From a virus, in the IMG/VR virus record IMGVR_UViG_3300037493_006316, positions 22,224-86,223 of that record: a DNA stretch of 64,000 bases; one strand, written 5' to 3'. Positions 9,099 through 19,142 of this stretch are shown here, one piece after another (within the stretch, counting starts at the first letter, position 1; every line of letters begins with the position of its first letter). Below the pieces are notes generated by a model. The model saw nothing but the letters and a program-made list of their open reading frames with translations, did no database searches and was not told the DNA's origin. Position numbers and translations under genes: made by a program.

Positions 9099-9233
9099 GG
9101 CCTTGTTGCTGTTCCAGGGCCCTGGCTGCAACAAGGCGCGCCGAACCGTCCCCATGTTGCAGCCCGTTGCCATCGCAGCCGCTGCCGCGGCGCGCTACCT
9201 TCTCGCTCGGCTCGAACGGACGGAAGGTGCCCC

Positions 9234-9494
9234 ATGGCGCCACGGAGGGACGTGCACCGCGCAGACCCACCGCCCGCCGACGACCCGCGCCACCGGCTCT
9301 CGCTTTGGCTCCTGTCGCAGTTGACCCGGCCGAAGATCGGCGAACCGATGCTGATGCACCTGATGGTCGGGATTCTGCTGCTGCTCATGATGCAAGGAGG
9401 CCCCCGGTTGGGGAGCCTCCTCAGGTTGGCCTTCGCGGCCGGCCGGCTCTACGGACAGACCGCAGAGCGGCTTAGAGCGGCTCGGGGTAGGTGA
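9234..9494 (+). CDS. small membrane protein
   Basis: GGAAGG before ATG; hydrophobic MLMHLMVGILLLLMM. Confidence 0.4.
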   Translation: MAPRRDVHRADPPPADDPRHRLSLWLLSQLTRPKIGEPMLMHLMVGILLLLMMQGGPRLGSLLRLAFAAGRLYGQTAERLRAARGR

Positions 9495-9825
9495 AGCCGT
9501 TGTAGCGCTTCGCGTGGTTGCGCAGGGCCTGCCGCGCGGCCGTCGCGGTGATGCCCCGCGCGCCCGCCCCGCTGATGACCCGGGCGTACCAGGCCGGGCT
9601 CTTGTCTTCGAGGTCCTCGGCCCAGTCGAGCGTGGTGACCTGGTCGTTGGCCGCGCTCGACCGCAGGGTGTTCCACTGCGCCATGGACAGGAACTCGTCT
9701 GGACTCATCGCGACGTGCAGCATGGCACCCTGGGACGGACTCTCAATGCCGAACGACAGCTCGATCATGACCGTGCCGTTCTTCTTGACCTTGTCGCTGC
9801 CGCAGTTGGTGATGTCGTGGCCCAT
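9472..9825 (-). CDS. hypothetical protein
   Basis: 117 aa, high GC3, GGAGG RBS, TGATG coupling. Confidence 0.65.
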   Translation of the reverse strand: MGHDITNCGSDKVKKNGTVMIELSFGIESPSQGAMLHVAMSPDEFLSMAQWNTLRSSAANDQVTTLDWAEDLEDKSPAWYARVISGAGARGITATAARQALRNHAKRYNGFTYPEPL

Positions 9826-10043
9826 CAGGCCTCCATGGGTTCGGGTTGGTGGTTGACGGTCGGGGTGGGCTCGGGGTCGAGGTCCAGCGGCTCCTCCGCG
9901 GTCTCTGCGGCCCGCAGGAGCAGCAGCAGCAGTGCGCGCTGGGGGGACATGCGGTTGGGTCCAGGCGGCGCGCCCGGGGCGACAGCGACGCGGCGCATCG
10001 CGCTCGACGTCCCCACCGACCGGGCCTCCATCGGTTGGCTCAT
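9825..10043 (-). CDS. small hypothetical protein
   Basis: AAGGAG RBS; QPMEA / EPMEA at both ends. Confidence 0.45.
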   Translation of the reverse strand: MSQPMEARSVGTSSAMRRVAVAPGAPPGPNRMSPQRALLLLLLRAAETAEEPLDLDPEPTPTVNHQPEPMEA

Positions 10044-10122
10044 GAGGTCTCCTTGGGGGCCCAGCGCCCCCGACGCGCCGCCGCCCGGGAGAGCGCCCCG
10101 CGCGCCATCCGGGCCGCGCGGC

Positions 10123-10416
10123 TCACTTCGTGTCCTCGACGATGTCGTGGATGTTGCGGATCTCCTTGCCCAGGCCGCCGATCCGACCGGCGAGCTTCTG
10201 GTCAGCGAGGCGCCGCTCGGCCTCCTCGCCCTTCAGCGCCAGCGCCTGGGCGTCGACCTTGTCCTCGACGGCCTTCATCCGGGCGTCGAGCTTCTGGTCA
10301 ACGCCCGCGGTGACGTGCTTGACCATCCAGCCCAGCAGGCCCAACAGGCCGGCTACCAGCATGCCCAGAATGCCGACCGTGGTGGCCGGCACCTCCATCG
10401 GCATGCCCTCAGGCAT
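10123..10416 (-). CDS. membrane protein with coiled coil (lysis cassette, holin/spanin-like)
   Basis: TM segment VGILGMLVAGLLGLLGWMV followed by heptads; downstream of the putative endolysin. Confidence 0.55.
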   Translation of the reverse strand: MPEGMPMEVPATTVGILGMLVAGLLGLLGWMVKHVTAGVDQKLDARMKAVEDKVDAQALALKGEEAERRLADQKLAGRIGGLGKEIRNIHDIVEDTK

Positions 10417-10774
10417 CGGGCCCGCCCTTGCGGCCGGCGGCGACCCGCTGGGCCAGGCGCCCGAGCGCAGTGTCGTCGTCGTCGGCCGCCCGGTTGGCGA
10501 GCAGGGCGAGCTCGAGCAGGCCGCGAACGATGGTGTCGCGGCGCGCCTCGCTCAGCTCGGCCCAGCCGGCCGGCATGCTGTCGACGTCGTCCACGGCCCT
10601 GGCGACCCGCTGCAGCACCAGCGCGCGCCGCTCGGCGCCCGACAGGTCCTCGCGGCCCTCAAGCTCGCGCACGAGGTCGAAGACCAGCATCAGCAGGGTG
10701 GCCAGGAGCGGGGCGATCCAGCGCGCGTGCGAGGGCAGGAGCGCGTTGAGCAGGGTCTTGACGATGAGGGTCAA
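10409..10774 (-). CDS. putative holin-like protein
   Basis: Hydrophobic WIAPLLATLLMLVF; coupled to the endolysin stop. Confidence 0.45.
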   Translation of the reverse strand: MTLIVKTLLNALLPSHARWIAPLLATLLMLVFDLVRELEGREDLSGAERRALVLQRVARAVDDVDSMPAGWAELSEARRDTIVRGLLELALLANRAADDDDTALGRLAQRVAAGRKGGPDA

Positions 10775-11391
10775 AGGTCACTCTCCTCGATGAGGGTGTA
10801 GGTGAAGCGCTTGCCGCGGCCAGCCATGACCTGCAGGTCCGCCAGCCGCATCAGCTCGTCAAAGTCGCGCTTGTGGCGGAAGACCTGGCACCCAGCCGAG
10901 GCCGATCCCACCCAGTCGTCAGACGCGCCCGAGCCCTGGTGGTGGACGTTGGTCTTGATGTTGCCCTCGAACACCGGCCCGCCGATGTCGAGCACGCCGT
11001 CGCCGTTGTTGTCCCGGGCGTAGCGGGCAGGCACCCGCTGCTCAAGCGCGCGGTGGCCGCCGCCGGGCTTGGAGCGACCGTGGATGCCGATCTCGTAGAG
11101 CCCGCGGTACTGGCCCGGCAGCAGGATGGCTGTGCCCTGGCTGTGTCGCGCGCCCGTCAGACTGGTGAGGCCCGGGTCGGTCGTGATCGGGAACGCTTTG
11201 GCCACCGGAGCGCCGGACGTGTCGCGGTAGGCGATGACGAACGCGTCGTCGAAGCTGCGCGGCTCGCGGCTGCGGCCGCGGATGCCGATCAGGTTGAGGT
11301 TGTAGGTGCCGACGTCGAAGAAGACGTAGCCCTTGCGCTCCAGCACGAGCTTCATCCGCTGGTAGAGGGGTGTGGCGCCTTCGAGCTGCAT
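10771..11391 (-). CDS. putative endolysin, YkuD/L,D-transpeptidase-like cysteine family
   Basis: LNLIGIRG, FDD, TTDPG, PGQY, RDNNGDG, NVH...SAGCQVF, FTYTLIEE; lies between tail and membrane genes. Confidence 0.6.
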   Translation of the reverse strand: MQLEGATPLYQRMKLVLERKGYVFFDVGTYNLNLIGIRGRSREPRSFDDAFVIAYRDTSGAPVAKAFPITTDPGLTSLTGARHSQGTAILLPGQYRGLYEIGIHGRSKPGGGHRALEQRVPARYARDNNGDGVLDIGGPVFEGNIKTNVHHQGSGASDDWVGSASAGCQVFRHKRDFDELMRLADLQVMAGRGKRFTYTLIEESDL

Positions 11392-11427
11392 GGGGCCTCC
11401 GGGTTAGCGTCGGGCCTGGGGGCCGAC

Positions 11428-12204
11428 ATGGTGATCGCGTGCGACCTGGACAACCAGCACTCCGGCCTCGCCCTTCTCGCTGGCGAGCCCGGCCGTGAAC
11501 AGGTGCTCGACGTGCGGCGCGTGGTCATGGGCCCCGACCCCTTCGAGGCCATCATGTGCCGAGTCGCGCCCGTCGTCATCGGCTGGCTTGAAGAGCAGCC
11601 CACCGCGCGGCTGCTCATCGAGCGGCCGCCCGGCAAGGTCAGCGCGAGCCTGCAGCACGGCCCTCAAGCGGTCATCGGGGAGGCGCAAGGGTGGGTCGCC
11701 GGCGTCCTGGCGGGCGCTGTGGCCTCCAGGCTGGTCGCTCCGCCCGTCCGCGTGCCCAACGGGGCCTGGCACGACACGCTGGCCCTGGTGGCCGCCAGGC
11801 GGGGCGTCAGCCTGCCCACGGCCCACCGCAAGGGCGCGGGCCCGCCACCCGACCTGGTGCGGGTCGGCGGCGCCCTGCGCCTGCACTGGGCCTGCGGTCA
11901 CGAGCTGCCCTTCAACCCGGCCGAGGCCGCCCGGGCGCCGCAGGCCTGCCCCACCTGCGCCAAGGCCCCAGCCGACGCGCGGCGCGACCTGCGCAAGCAG
12001 CGGGCGTGGGCGCTGGCCCAGGCGCTGGCCCCCGAGCTCATGGCTGGTGTCGTGGCCGAGGCCACCGCCAAAGCCCGCAGTGAGCGCGAGCCGTGGCGCC
12101 TCGCCGGCGTGGATGATGTCGCCGACGCTGTGGGCGTCGGCCTTCACGGCTTGAACACGAAGCTCGACACGAGCCCGAGCGGGACCGGCGTGGCCTGCGC
12201 GTAG
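11428..12204 (+). CDS. RuvC-like Holliday junction resolvase with inserted Zn-ribbon
   Basis: MVIACDLD..HSGLALL, LLIERP, VPNGAW, DDVADAVGVG; insert WACGH...CPTC. Confidence 0.7.
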   Translation: MVIACDLDNQHSGLALLAGEPGREQVLDVRRVVMGPDPFEAIMCRVAPVVIGWLEEQPTARLLIERPPGKVSASLQHGPQAVIGEAQGWVAGVLAGAVASRLVAPPVRVPNGAWHDTLALVAARRGVSLPTAHRKGAGPPPDLVRVGGALRLHWACGHELPFNPAEAARAPQACPTCAKAPADARRDLRKQRAWALAQALAPELMAGVVAEATAKARSEREPWRLAGVDDVADAVGVGLHGLNTKLDTSPSGTGVACA

Positions 12205-14090
12205 TGCACGTTGATGTGGCGGCTGGTGGTCGTGTAGAAGTCCTGATCCAGCGCGAAAATCAGCGCCCCCTCGGGGGTGAACTGTGCGTGGCCAGTCCGG
12301 GGCATGGTCGTGTAGCCGCAGCCGAACACACCGACCTTGCGCAAAATGCGCCGCTCGCGCTGGTAGGTGTAGGTCAGCGCGAGCAGAACGTACTCCTCAG
12401 GGACGACGACAGCCCTGCTCTCCACCGCTCCGGTGATGACGAGCTGCTCGCCGATGAAGTGCGGCTCCACGAGCACCACGTCGTCGCCAATGGCCTGCAT
12501 TTGCGCCGGCGAGCTCCACGTCGAGGGGTTGTCGCTGGTGAACCGGTAGACGCGCCACTCGCTGTCCGTCGTGCTGTAGATCGTGAAAATCGGCAGCTGG
12601 TCAAGCGGGTCGAACGTCATGCGGAAGTCGCGATCCGCCCCCGTCGTGAGCACGTTGAACCCGTTGTTGCTGTTCGTGCTCCAGGTCTCGCAGTAGTCGT
12701 CGCTGTAGATGACCCGGGAGCGCGTCGTGGTCGCGCTGTTGTCCACGTAGGTGGCCGAGAGGTAGACGCGCCCGTTCAGAGACTGCGTGATGGCCAGCTT
12801 GCTGATCGTGTCGGCCGCGTCGACCGCCGCCGGGTTCCAGATCGTGCCCAGCACGGTCCAGCTGGCGCCGCCGTCGAGGCTGCGGGCGGCCAGCACGCTG
12901 TTGGTGGACCCGATGTAGAAGGCCATGATCCGACCGTCGGTGTGGCCGGGCTGCAGGCCGACGGGCTCGGTGGCCGCGGTGTTGCTGGTGACCTGCACGT
13001 CGGTGAACGTCGACCCGTCGAAGTCGAGGTACTCAGGCGCCATGGAGCCGACCGAGCCGTCCCGGTAGCGGAACCGGATGCCGCCACCGGTGAGCTTGAA
13101 CAGCACGCCCATCGTGGGCGAGGCCCACGTGTCCAGGTAGCGGAAGAAGACCGGCCAGGGGTTCAGCAGGTCACCGGCCGCGTCGGTCCGCACCCGGGCG
13201 TATCGGCCCTCCACCCCACCCACGGGACCGGTGCCGTCCGGCGGGTTGAGCACGTCGATCATAGGCTGGAAGGTGAAGCTGAACGGCAGCCGCGGCCGGG
13301 CCCAGCTCTGCGCGCGCCGGTCGATGACCTGGATGGTCGAGCTCGCGCCGGTGTCGAGCATGACGTCAGCCAGCACGTAGCTGCCCGAGGCCGGGGTGCG
13401 CGTGCGGGACGCCAGCTCGTAGACCGGGCGCCAGCGCTGGACCGCGTCGGGCGCCGCAGGCGGGGTGACCCCCTCGGGGTAGTAGCCGCCGAGGCGCCAC
13501 TTGCTGGCCGTCTCGCTGAAGCCGGGCGCCGTGGCTACGGTCAGCTCGGTGTCGCTGACGACCGTCAGGACCTCGAACTCGCCCACGTTGGCCGCGTTGA
13601 CCTCGCCGGACACGAGCCGGATCTTCGATGGCAGGGTGTTGCCGGCCGGGTTGCGCGGAGTCAGCATCGTGAACCGCGTGTTGGTGCCGGTGATCGTCGT
13701 GCTGCCCGACGTCAGCACCAGGCTCCCGCGCATGTAGGTCGTCTGCTCGAAGCGCACCGTGAGCGTGCGCCACGTCGCGTCGTCGGTCACGGTCGGCAGG
13801 GTGCGCTGATCGATCTCGACGGTGACCATGCCCTCGGGGGTGTACGCCACCAGCGGGTCCGTCGTGCGGAAGCCCAGGTAGGCGCCCGACCCGCCGACGA
13901 GGCTCTCGACCCGCCACTCGTCGCCGCCCACGCCGTCGGCCTCGGGGGCCACGACCAACCCGTAGGTCCGCAGGGCCGACCGCGCCGCGGCGAGGATCTC
14001 GTCGGACATCATCACGCTGCCCATCGACAGCTCGGCTTGGCCGACCTTGAGGTTCTTCTTCCAGGCGATGCCCTGCCGGTCGATGGTCAT
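12144..14090 (-). CDS. tail fiber / receptor-binding protein with BNR (Asp-box) repeats
   Basis: SLDGGASW and YSDDYCETW Asp-boxes; GSTTITGTNTRF fiber motif; last of the tail genes. Confidence 0.7.
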   Translation of the reverse strand: MTIDRQGIAWKKNLKVGQAELSMGSVMMSDEILAAARSALRTYGLVVAPEADGVGGDEWRVESLVGGSGAYLGFRTTDPLVAYTPEGMVTVEIDQRTLPTVTDDATWRTLTVRFEQTTYMRGSLVLTSGSTTITGTNTRFTMLTPRNPAGNTLPSKIRLVSGEVNAANVGEFEVLTVVSDTELTVATAPGFSETASKWRLGGYYPEGVTPPAAPDAVQRWRPVYELASRTRTPASGSYVLADVMLDTGASSTIQVIDRRAQSWARPRLPFSFTFQPMIDVLNPPDGTGPVGGVEGRYARVRTDAAGDLLNPWPVFFRYLDTWASPTMGVLFKLTGGGIRFRYRDGSVGSMAPEYLDFDGSTFTDVQVTSNTAATEPVGLQPGHTDGRIMAFYIGSTNSVLAARSLDGGASWTVLGTIWNPAAVDAADTISKLAITQSLNGRVYLSATYVDNSATTTRSRVIYSDDYCETWSTNSNNGFNVLTTGADRDFRMTFDPLDQLPIFTIYSTTDSEWRVYRFTSDNPSTWSSPAQMQAIGDDVVLVEPHFIGEQLVITGAVESRAVVVPEEYVLLALTYTYQRERRILRKVGVFGCGYTTMPRTGHAQFTPEGALIFALDQDFYTTTSRHINVHYAQATPVPLGLVSSFVFKP

Positions 14091-16042
14091 GAGGTCCCCA
14101 GGATGATGCGCATGCGGTCGCCAGAGCTCCAGGCCCCAGCGGTGCGCGTGGTGGTGATGGTCAGGCCGGTGATGTTGGTGATCGTCGCCCGCTCATAGCC
14201 CGAGCTGCTCACCAGCTCGACCACGTCGTCGACCGCGAAGCCAAGCGTGCGCGTGACGTCGAAGGAGATGAGCCCCGCGCCGGCAGACGCGCTCGAGGAG
14301 GTCAGCAGCGTGTAGAGCCCGACCCGGTAGGTCAGCTCGGCCGTGCTGATGGGCAGGATGTAGCGCAGGGCCAGCCGCGCGATGTCGCTCGGGGTCAGCA
14401 GCAGCGACTGCGCCGGGAACTCGTAGGTCACCCGGTGCGAGGCGCCCTCGGCGTCGAGGTAGATCGGCGTGACGTCGGGAAAGGACACGTCGAGGTACCA
14501 GCAGGCCGGCGCGCTGTCGTCGGTCTCGAACACGCTGGCGTTGCAGGTCAGGCGCTCCATCTCGACGATGATGCCCCGGCTGGTGCCGCGCATGGACGCG
14601 TTGTCGAGGCGCGACCGCTTCCACGTCTCGAGCTCCCCGTTGCTCTCGCAGCCGCCGCGGAAGACCAGCCGCTCGATGGCTGTCTGGTAGAGCATGGACC
14701 GCTGCTCGCGCGAGAAGACCTCGCGAGTCGCGACCACGGCGCCGAAGTCGGCGACAACATCACGGCAGGTGCCGTCCTGCTGCACCGTCAGGTGCGCCCG
14801 GGCCGACGTCGCGCTCGACGGGAAGTCGGTCAGCGGTGTGCGGTCGACGATCCGTCCGTCGATCACCAGCAGCACGACGCCATCGGCCTCGGCCCGGAGC
14901 TGAACGGTGTGCTCCTGGCCTGCGTTCACCCGCCACTGCCGACCGATGGGCGCCGCGTTGAGCCCATCGGTGAACGCCCAGAAGGCCGCCTCGTTGCGCC
15001 ACGTGCCTGCGTCGGCCGCGTACAGCGCGACGCGCACGGCTCGCCCGCCGGTGAACAGCTCCAGCAGCGGGCCCAGCTCATCGTCGGCGCCCGGGGTGCC
15101 GCTGTGCCAGATGACCGTCGTCTGGATGGTCGACTCGGTCGCGGCTGCGGTGGGCGCCACAGACAGAGCCGGGAAGATGGCCACGGCCCGCTGCAGGTTC
15201 ACTCCGGCCGCAAAGCGCACGCGCTGCCGCACCAACGAGGCCGTGCCGGTGACGGTCCAGGCCGGGGACTCCGCCGTCGGCGCCCGCAGGCCGGTCAGCT
15301 CAAAGCGGCTGACGACCTCCCGGGCCGCCTGCAACTCAAGCCAGGCCTCGCTGAGCGCCGCGTCGACCGTGGAGTAGGCGCCAGCCATGCCGCGCAGCAG
15401 CGCGTCCCCGACGTTGCCCCAGGCCTGCTGCATCCGGGCGGGAATGCGCGCGACGAAGCGGTCAAGCAGGAAGCTCTGCGGCTGGAAGGCGTCGACGGAC
15501 ACCCGGGCCGCGGTGATCCGCAGGTCGGCGCCGGTCGCGCTCGCGTCGATGACGCCGACAGTCGCCGAGCCCCAGGGCAGGGTGCTGGCCGCCGCGCGCT
15601 CGTAGGCGATCCGCATCAGCTCCCGGCCGTCCACCTCGACGATCCACCACGCCGCGGTCCACTTCCGCACGCGCAGGTCGAACGGTCGGGTGCCGAGCGG
15701 ATGGGCCACGTTCGCGACGACGTTGCCCGCAGAGTCGACCGCCTGAACGCTGGTGCCGCCGACAACGACGGCGAGCTCGCGCGTGCCGTCGGTCAGGAAA
15801 ATGCCCACCGGGGGCGCGCCAGAGGCCCAGCCCGCGGCGCTGTACGACGCGAGCTCGACGCGCACCTCGGAGTCAAGGTGCGACGCGCTGGTCACGTTGC
15901 CCAGCGCGCGCGTCATCTTCGCGTCGCCCAGGAACTTCAGCGCGGTCGCGGTGAGCGTGATCGACCCCGTGCCGGCGTCCTCGGTCCAGTCCGTGCCGTC
16001 GGGGCGGACACCCTTGAGGCGGCTCCAGTCGGCGAAGGTCAT
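14087..16042 (-). CDS. baseplate/tail structural protein
   Basis: 651 aa beta-rich protein after baseplate J; RGTSRGI motif typical of wedge (gpI-like) proteins. Confidence 0.6.
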   Translation of the reverse strand: MTFADWSRLKGVRPDGTDWTEDAGTGSITLTATALKFLGDAKMTRALGNVTSASHLDSEVRVELASYSAAGWASGAPPVGIFLTDGTRELAVVVGGTSVQAVDSAGNVVANVAHPLGTRPFDLRVRKWTAAWWIVEVDGRELMRIAYERAAASTLPWGSATVGVIDASATGADLRITAARVSVDAFQPQSFLLDRFVARIPARMQQAWGNVGDALLRGMAGAYSTVDAALSEAWLELQAAREVVSRFELTGLRAPTAESPAWTVTGTASLVRQRVRFAAGVNLQRAVAIFPALSVAPTAAATESTIQTTVIWHSGTPGADDELGPLLELFTGGRAVRVALYAADAGTWRNEAAFWAFTDGLNAAPIGRQWRVNAGQEHTVQLRAEADGVVLLVIDGRIVDRTPLTDFPSSATSARAHLTVQQDGTCRDVVADFGAVVATREVFSREQRSMLYQTAIERLVFRGGCESNGELETWKRSRLDNASMRGTSRGIIVEMERLTCNASVFETDDSAPACWYLDVSFPDVTPIYLDAEGASHRVTYEFPAQSLLLTPSDIARLALRYILPISTAELTYRVGLYTLLTSSSASAGAGLISFDVTRTLGFAVDDVVELVSSSGYERATITNITGLTITTTRTAGAWSSGDRMRIILGTS

Positions 16043-16048
16043 GGGGCC

Positions 16049-17434
16049 TCAGTAGGTCTGCAGGAGAGTGGCGTTGATCTGGTCGCCGCTGGTCGCGTCG
16101 ATCAGCCACAGCCGGGTCAGCACGGGCAGGCTGTCGGCCGCCACGTCGACGTTGGCGGCGGGCTCGAAGGTCGCGGTCTCCAGCGAGCCAACCCCGGGCG
16201 TCTGCCGCACCAGCACAAGCAGATCGGCCTCGTCGACGTCGTCGCCAAACTCGCGCTTGCGGATGTCGAGGAACTCGGCGATGCGGCTGGCCGCCGAGGC
16301 GTAGACCTGCCGCAGCGTGAAGCTCGGCCGCAGGGTGATGGTCGCTTTGACCTCCACCGCCGTCATCGTGGCGTTGATGACGTCGATGCCAAGGTGCGAG
16401 CGCACCCGAGCCGCGATGAAGTCCTCGAGGGCTGCGAGCCGCGCCGCAGACATCGCCCCGCCGCCGCGCCCGACCACTGCGATCTGCATGACGCCCACAG
16501 CGATGGACGTGGTCCGCACGGCGCGCAGGACCTCTTCGTCGCCCACCTGCGCCACCGACTCCACCCAGGCCAGGGTCTCCTGGGCCGCGCCCTGCGTGGT
16601 GTTGGCTGCCCGGCGCTTGGCCGCAAAGTCGCTCTCGGTGTCGGCGCCGCCCGTCGCCGCGTTGGGGTTGTTCACCGCGGTGATGGCCGCCACCGCCGGC
16701 GACAGGGTGGTCAGCGTGCCCGCAGCGACGTTGCCCGCGGCGCCGGCGGTGGTGCACTCAGCCCAAGCCTTGTCCGCAAGGGCCAGCGCGACGCTCTCGC
16801 CGGCGAGCACGGGGTTGGCGTCGCCGACCGACACCGCGTCGAGCAGCTCGAAGGTCTGGTTGCCGCCCGTGACCTGCTGCCCGACGGCAAGCACGCTGCG
16901 CAGGATCACCGCGCAGTCGTCTGTGCTCGGGGTGTAGGTTCCGCTGAGCGTGGCAACCTCGAGCTCATCGCCGCCGGCCGGGCCCGTGCCTGAGGTGACG
17001 GCGATCACCGTCGCGATCTCGGTCTCGGTGCCGTCCGAGTTGCGCACCCGGATCGACGAGCCCACGCTGAAGTTGGCGCCGTCGCCCGCGGCGATCTCAA
17101 GCAGGTCCGTCGCCCCGGACGTGATGTCGATCAGGGGCGTCGTGTAGGGCTGGAAGCAGACGAGCGCCTTGGCGCGCTGGGCGCCGCGCCGGGGCGCCCC
17201 GCTCTCGACAAGCACCTGGTCGAGCTGCTCACCGTCGGCCGCCTGCAGGGTGAAGCGCCGCAGCACACCGGTGTAGAGCTGCCCGGTGTAGCCGCCAAGC
17301 TGCGCCGACACGTCGAGAAGCGACCGCGCGACGCCGCCCTCACCGAACCACGTCAGCAGCGGCGTCGCGGCCACGGTGCGGCGGATGCCCTCCTGGGCGA
17401 GCTCCACCGCGTCAAGCACCCTGGGGAACGCCAT
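16049..17434 (-). CDS. baseplate J-like protein
   Basis: GEGGVARSLL, AECTTAGAAGNVAAGTL, VNNPNAATGGADTESD. Confidence 0.9.
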   Translation of the reverse strand: MAFPRVLDAVELAQEGIRRTVAATPLLTWFGEGGVARSLLDVSAQLGGYTGQLYTGVLRRFTLQAADGEQLDQVLVESGAPRRGAQRAKALVCFQPYTTPLIDITSGATDLLEIAAGDGANFSVGSSIRVRNSDGTETEIATVIAVTSGTGPAGGDELEVATLSGTYTPSTDDCAVILRSVLAVGQQVTGGNQTFELLDAVSVGDANPVLAGESVALALADKAWAECTTAGAAGNVAAGTLTTLSPAVAAITAVNNPNAATGGADTESDFAAKRRAANTTQGAAQETLAWVESVAQVGDEEVLRAVRTTSIAVGVMQIAVVGRGGGAMSAARLAALEDFIAARVRSHLGIDVINATMTAVEVKATITLRPSFTLRQVYASAASRIAEFLDIRKREFGDDVDEADLLVLVRQTPGVGSLETATFEPAANVDVAADSLPVLTRLWLIDATSGDQINATLLQTY

Positions 17435-17435
17435 C

Positions 17436-19142
17436 TCAGACTCCGAACGTCAGGGGGCCAGTCGAGTTGATCGCGCGCGCTTCGATGCTCACCACCAGGT
17501 CGCCGTCGTTGTGGGTGACGGTGGCCACGGCTGACTCTATCCGGCGGTCCGAGCGCACGAGCGCCTCAATGCGCCTGGACAGGTAGACGAGCCGCACAAC
17601 GTCCGGCACCGCCTGCGACGCGGTCAGCAGGGCGTCCGCGTTGTCGGCGAGCAGCATCGCCATGCCCTGCTCGAGCACTGCCGGGCCGCTCAGGACCTCA
17701 AGGTCGCCCGCGCCGGTCACCCGCAGGGCGGCAGACAGGTCGGCGCCCCACGCCGCCTGCCCTCGGTGCGAGCCGAAGGTCGGCAGGCCGTCAATGGGCT
17801 GCGGGCCCAGCGGGCGCGTCACGGGGATGAGCAGCTGCCGGTCCCGCTGCAGAGCCTCGACGGGGGTGAGCCGGTTCAGCGCCAGGATGTCGCCCTCGGC
17901 GGCGCCATAGGTCTCAGCGATGCTGGCCAGCGTGTCGGTGGCGATGACGACGTGCACCGTCGTGCCCGACACCGCGGGGCCCAGGATGCCCGCCCGGGCG
18001 CCGCCGGTCAGGTAGAGCAGGTACTCGTCGCGGCTCATGCCGAAGAGCGCGCCGGCGGCGAGCTGCCACCGGCAGGCCGAGGCCACTTCGCGCAGCTGGT
18101 AGACCTGCTCCACGCGGTCGAGCTCGAGGTTGGTGCCCTCACTTGGCGCGCCTGCGTAGTCCGGGTAGCCGCCGTCGTCGGACGGAGACCGGCCGCCGCG
18201 GCCCAGGTCATCCGCTGCGGCGTCAGCGGCCGCCGCGGCCTCGCCGGCCAGGTCAGGGAAGTCCTGCGTGGGGCGCGAGGCCGCGGTCGTCGCTTGCGCA
18301 CCAGAGCCCGCCGCGGTGCCCGGGCGCGCGGCCGTGCCGTAGGTCGGGGGCCCGGCCATGACCCTGCGGGCAGCCTCGAGCTGCCCCTCGAGCGCGTCGA
18401 GCGTCTCCCCAACCAGCGTCTTGACCGGGCCCGCGAGCGCCTTGAAGCTGTCGAGGATGGTCTCCAGCGTGTAGCTTTCGAGCACGTTGTTGACGTTCTT
18501 CCACAGCGTCAGCGCCGTGAAGAGCACGTCGAGGATCTTGGTGCCCAGCGAACCCTCGACGATGGGCCCGGCCTCGTCGAGCTGCATCCGGTAGAAGACC
18601 GCCCCGGATGCGCCGCCGCGGGCGGCCTGTCGGCCGTCGCTCCACGAGCGCACCACGACCTGAAAGCGCCGCTGGTTCCAGAAGTCCCAGAAGTTGATGT
18701 AGGGCGTGGGGCTCAGCTCGGCCACGTACTGGCGCGCCAGCAGCGACACGAACGGGGTGCCGGTCAGGATGTTGATGCAGTCGTCGAACTCGGCCTGCGT
18801 CAGCGCCTCGCCCATCTTGACGACCTCGTTGACGAAGCGCTGATGGAGCATGTCGCCGTTGCCGATGTAGGGGCCCAGGCCGCGGGGCTCGACGCCGAAG
18901 GTGCCTGCGAGCGAGACCCGCCACGGCGCCCGGCCGCCGCGGGTGCCCGACCAGCCGCCGGCGGTGCGGGTCACCGTCGACATCGAGCCCGTGGCGTAGT
19001 CGATGGACGAGGGGCCCTTCACCAGCGGGTGGATGCCCATCGTCTTCGGGATCTGCGAGCCGGTGACGGGGTCGCGAAGAAGGATGCCCACCTCGAACAT
19101 GAAGATGTTGAGGTTGCCGCCGGTGTTGGCGCCGATGCTCAT
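17436..19142 (-). CDS. LysM-containing baseplate/tube-initiator protein with C-terminal gp25/GpW-like region
   Basis: LysM HVVIATDTLASIAETYG...ILALNRL...QLLIP; GADL...GDLEVLSG...LEQ; SDRRIES. Confidence 0.65.
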   Translation of the reverse strand: MSIGANTGGNLNIFMFEVGILLRDPVTGSQIPKTMGIHPLVKGPSSIDYATGSMSTVTRTAGGWSGTRGGRAPWRVSLAGTFGVEPRGLGPYIGNGDMLHQRFVNEVVKMGEALTQAEFDDCINILTGTPFVSLLARQYVAELSPTPYINFWDFWNQRRFQVVVRSWSDGRQAARGGASGAVFYRMQLDEAGPIVEGSLGTKILDVLFTALTLWKNVNNVLESYTLETILDSFKALAGPVKTLVGETLDALEGQLEAARRVMAGPPTYGTAARPGTAAGSGAQATTAASRPTQDFPDLAGEAAAAADAAADDLGRGGRSPSDDGGYPDYAGAPSEGTNLELDRVEQVYQLREVASACRWQLAAGALFGMSRDEYLLYLTGGARAGILGPAVSGTTVHVVIATDTLASIAETYGAAEGDILALNRLTPVEALQRDRQLLIPVTRPLGPQPIDGLPTFGSHRGQAAWGADLSAALRVTGAGDLEVLSGPAVLEQGMAMLLADNADALLTASQAVPDVVRLVYLSRRIEALVRSDRRIESAVATVTHNDGDLVVSIEARAINSTGPLTFGV

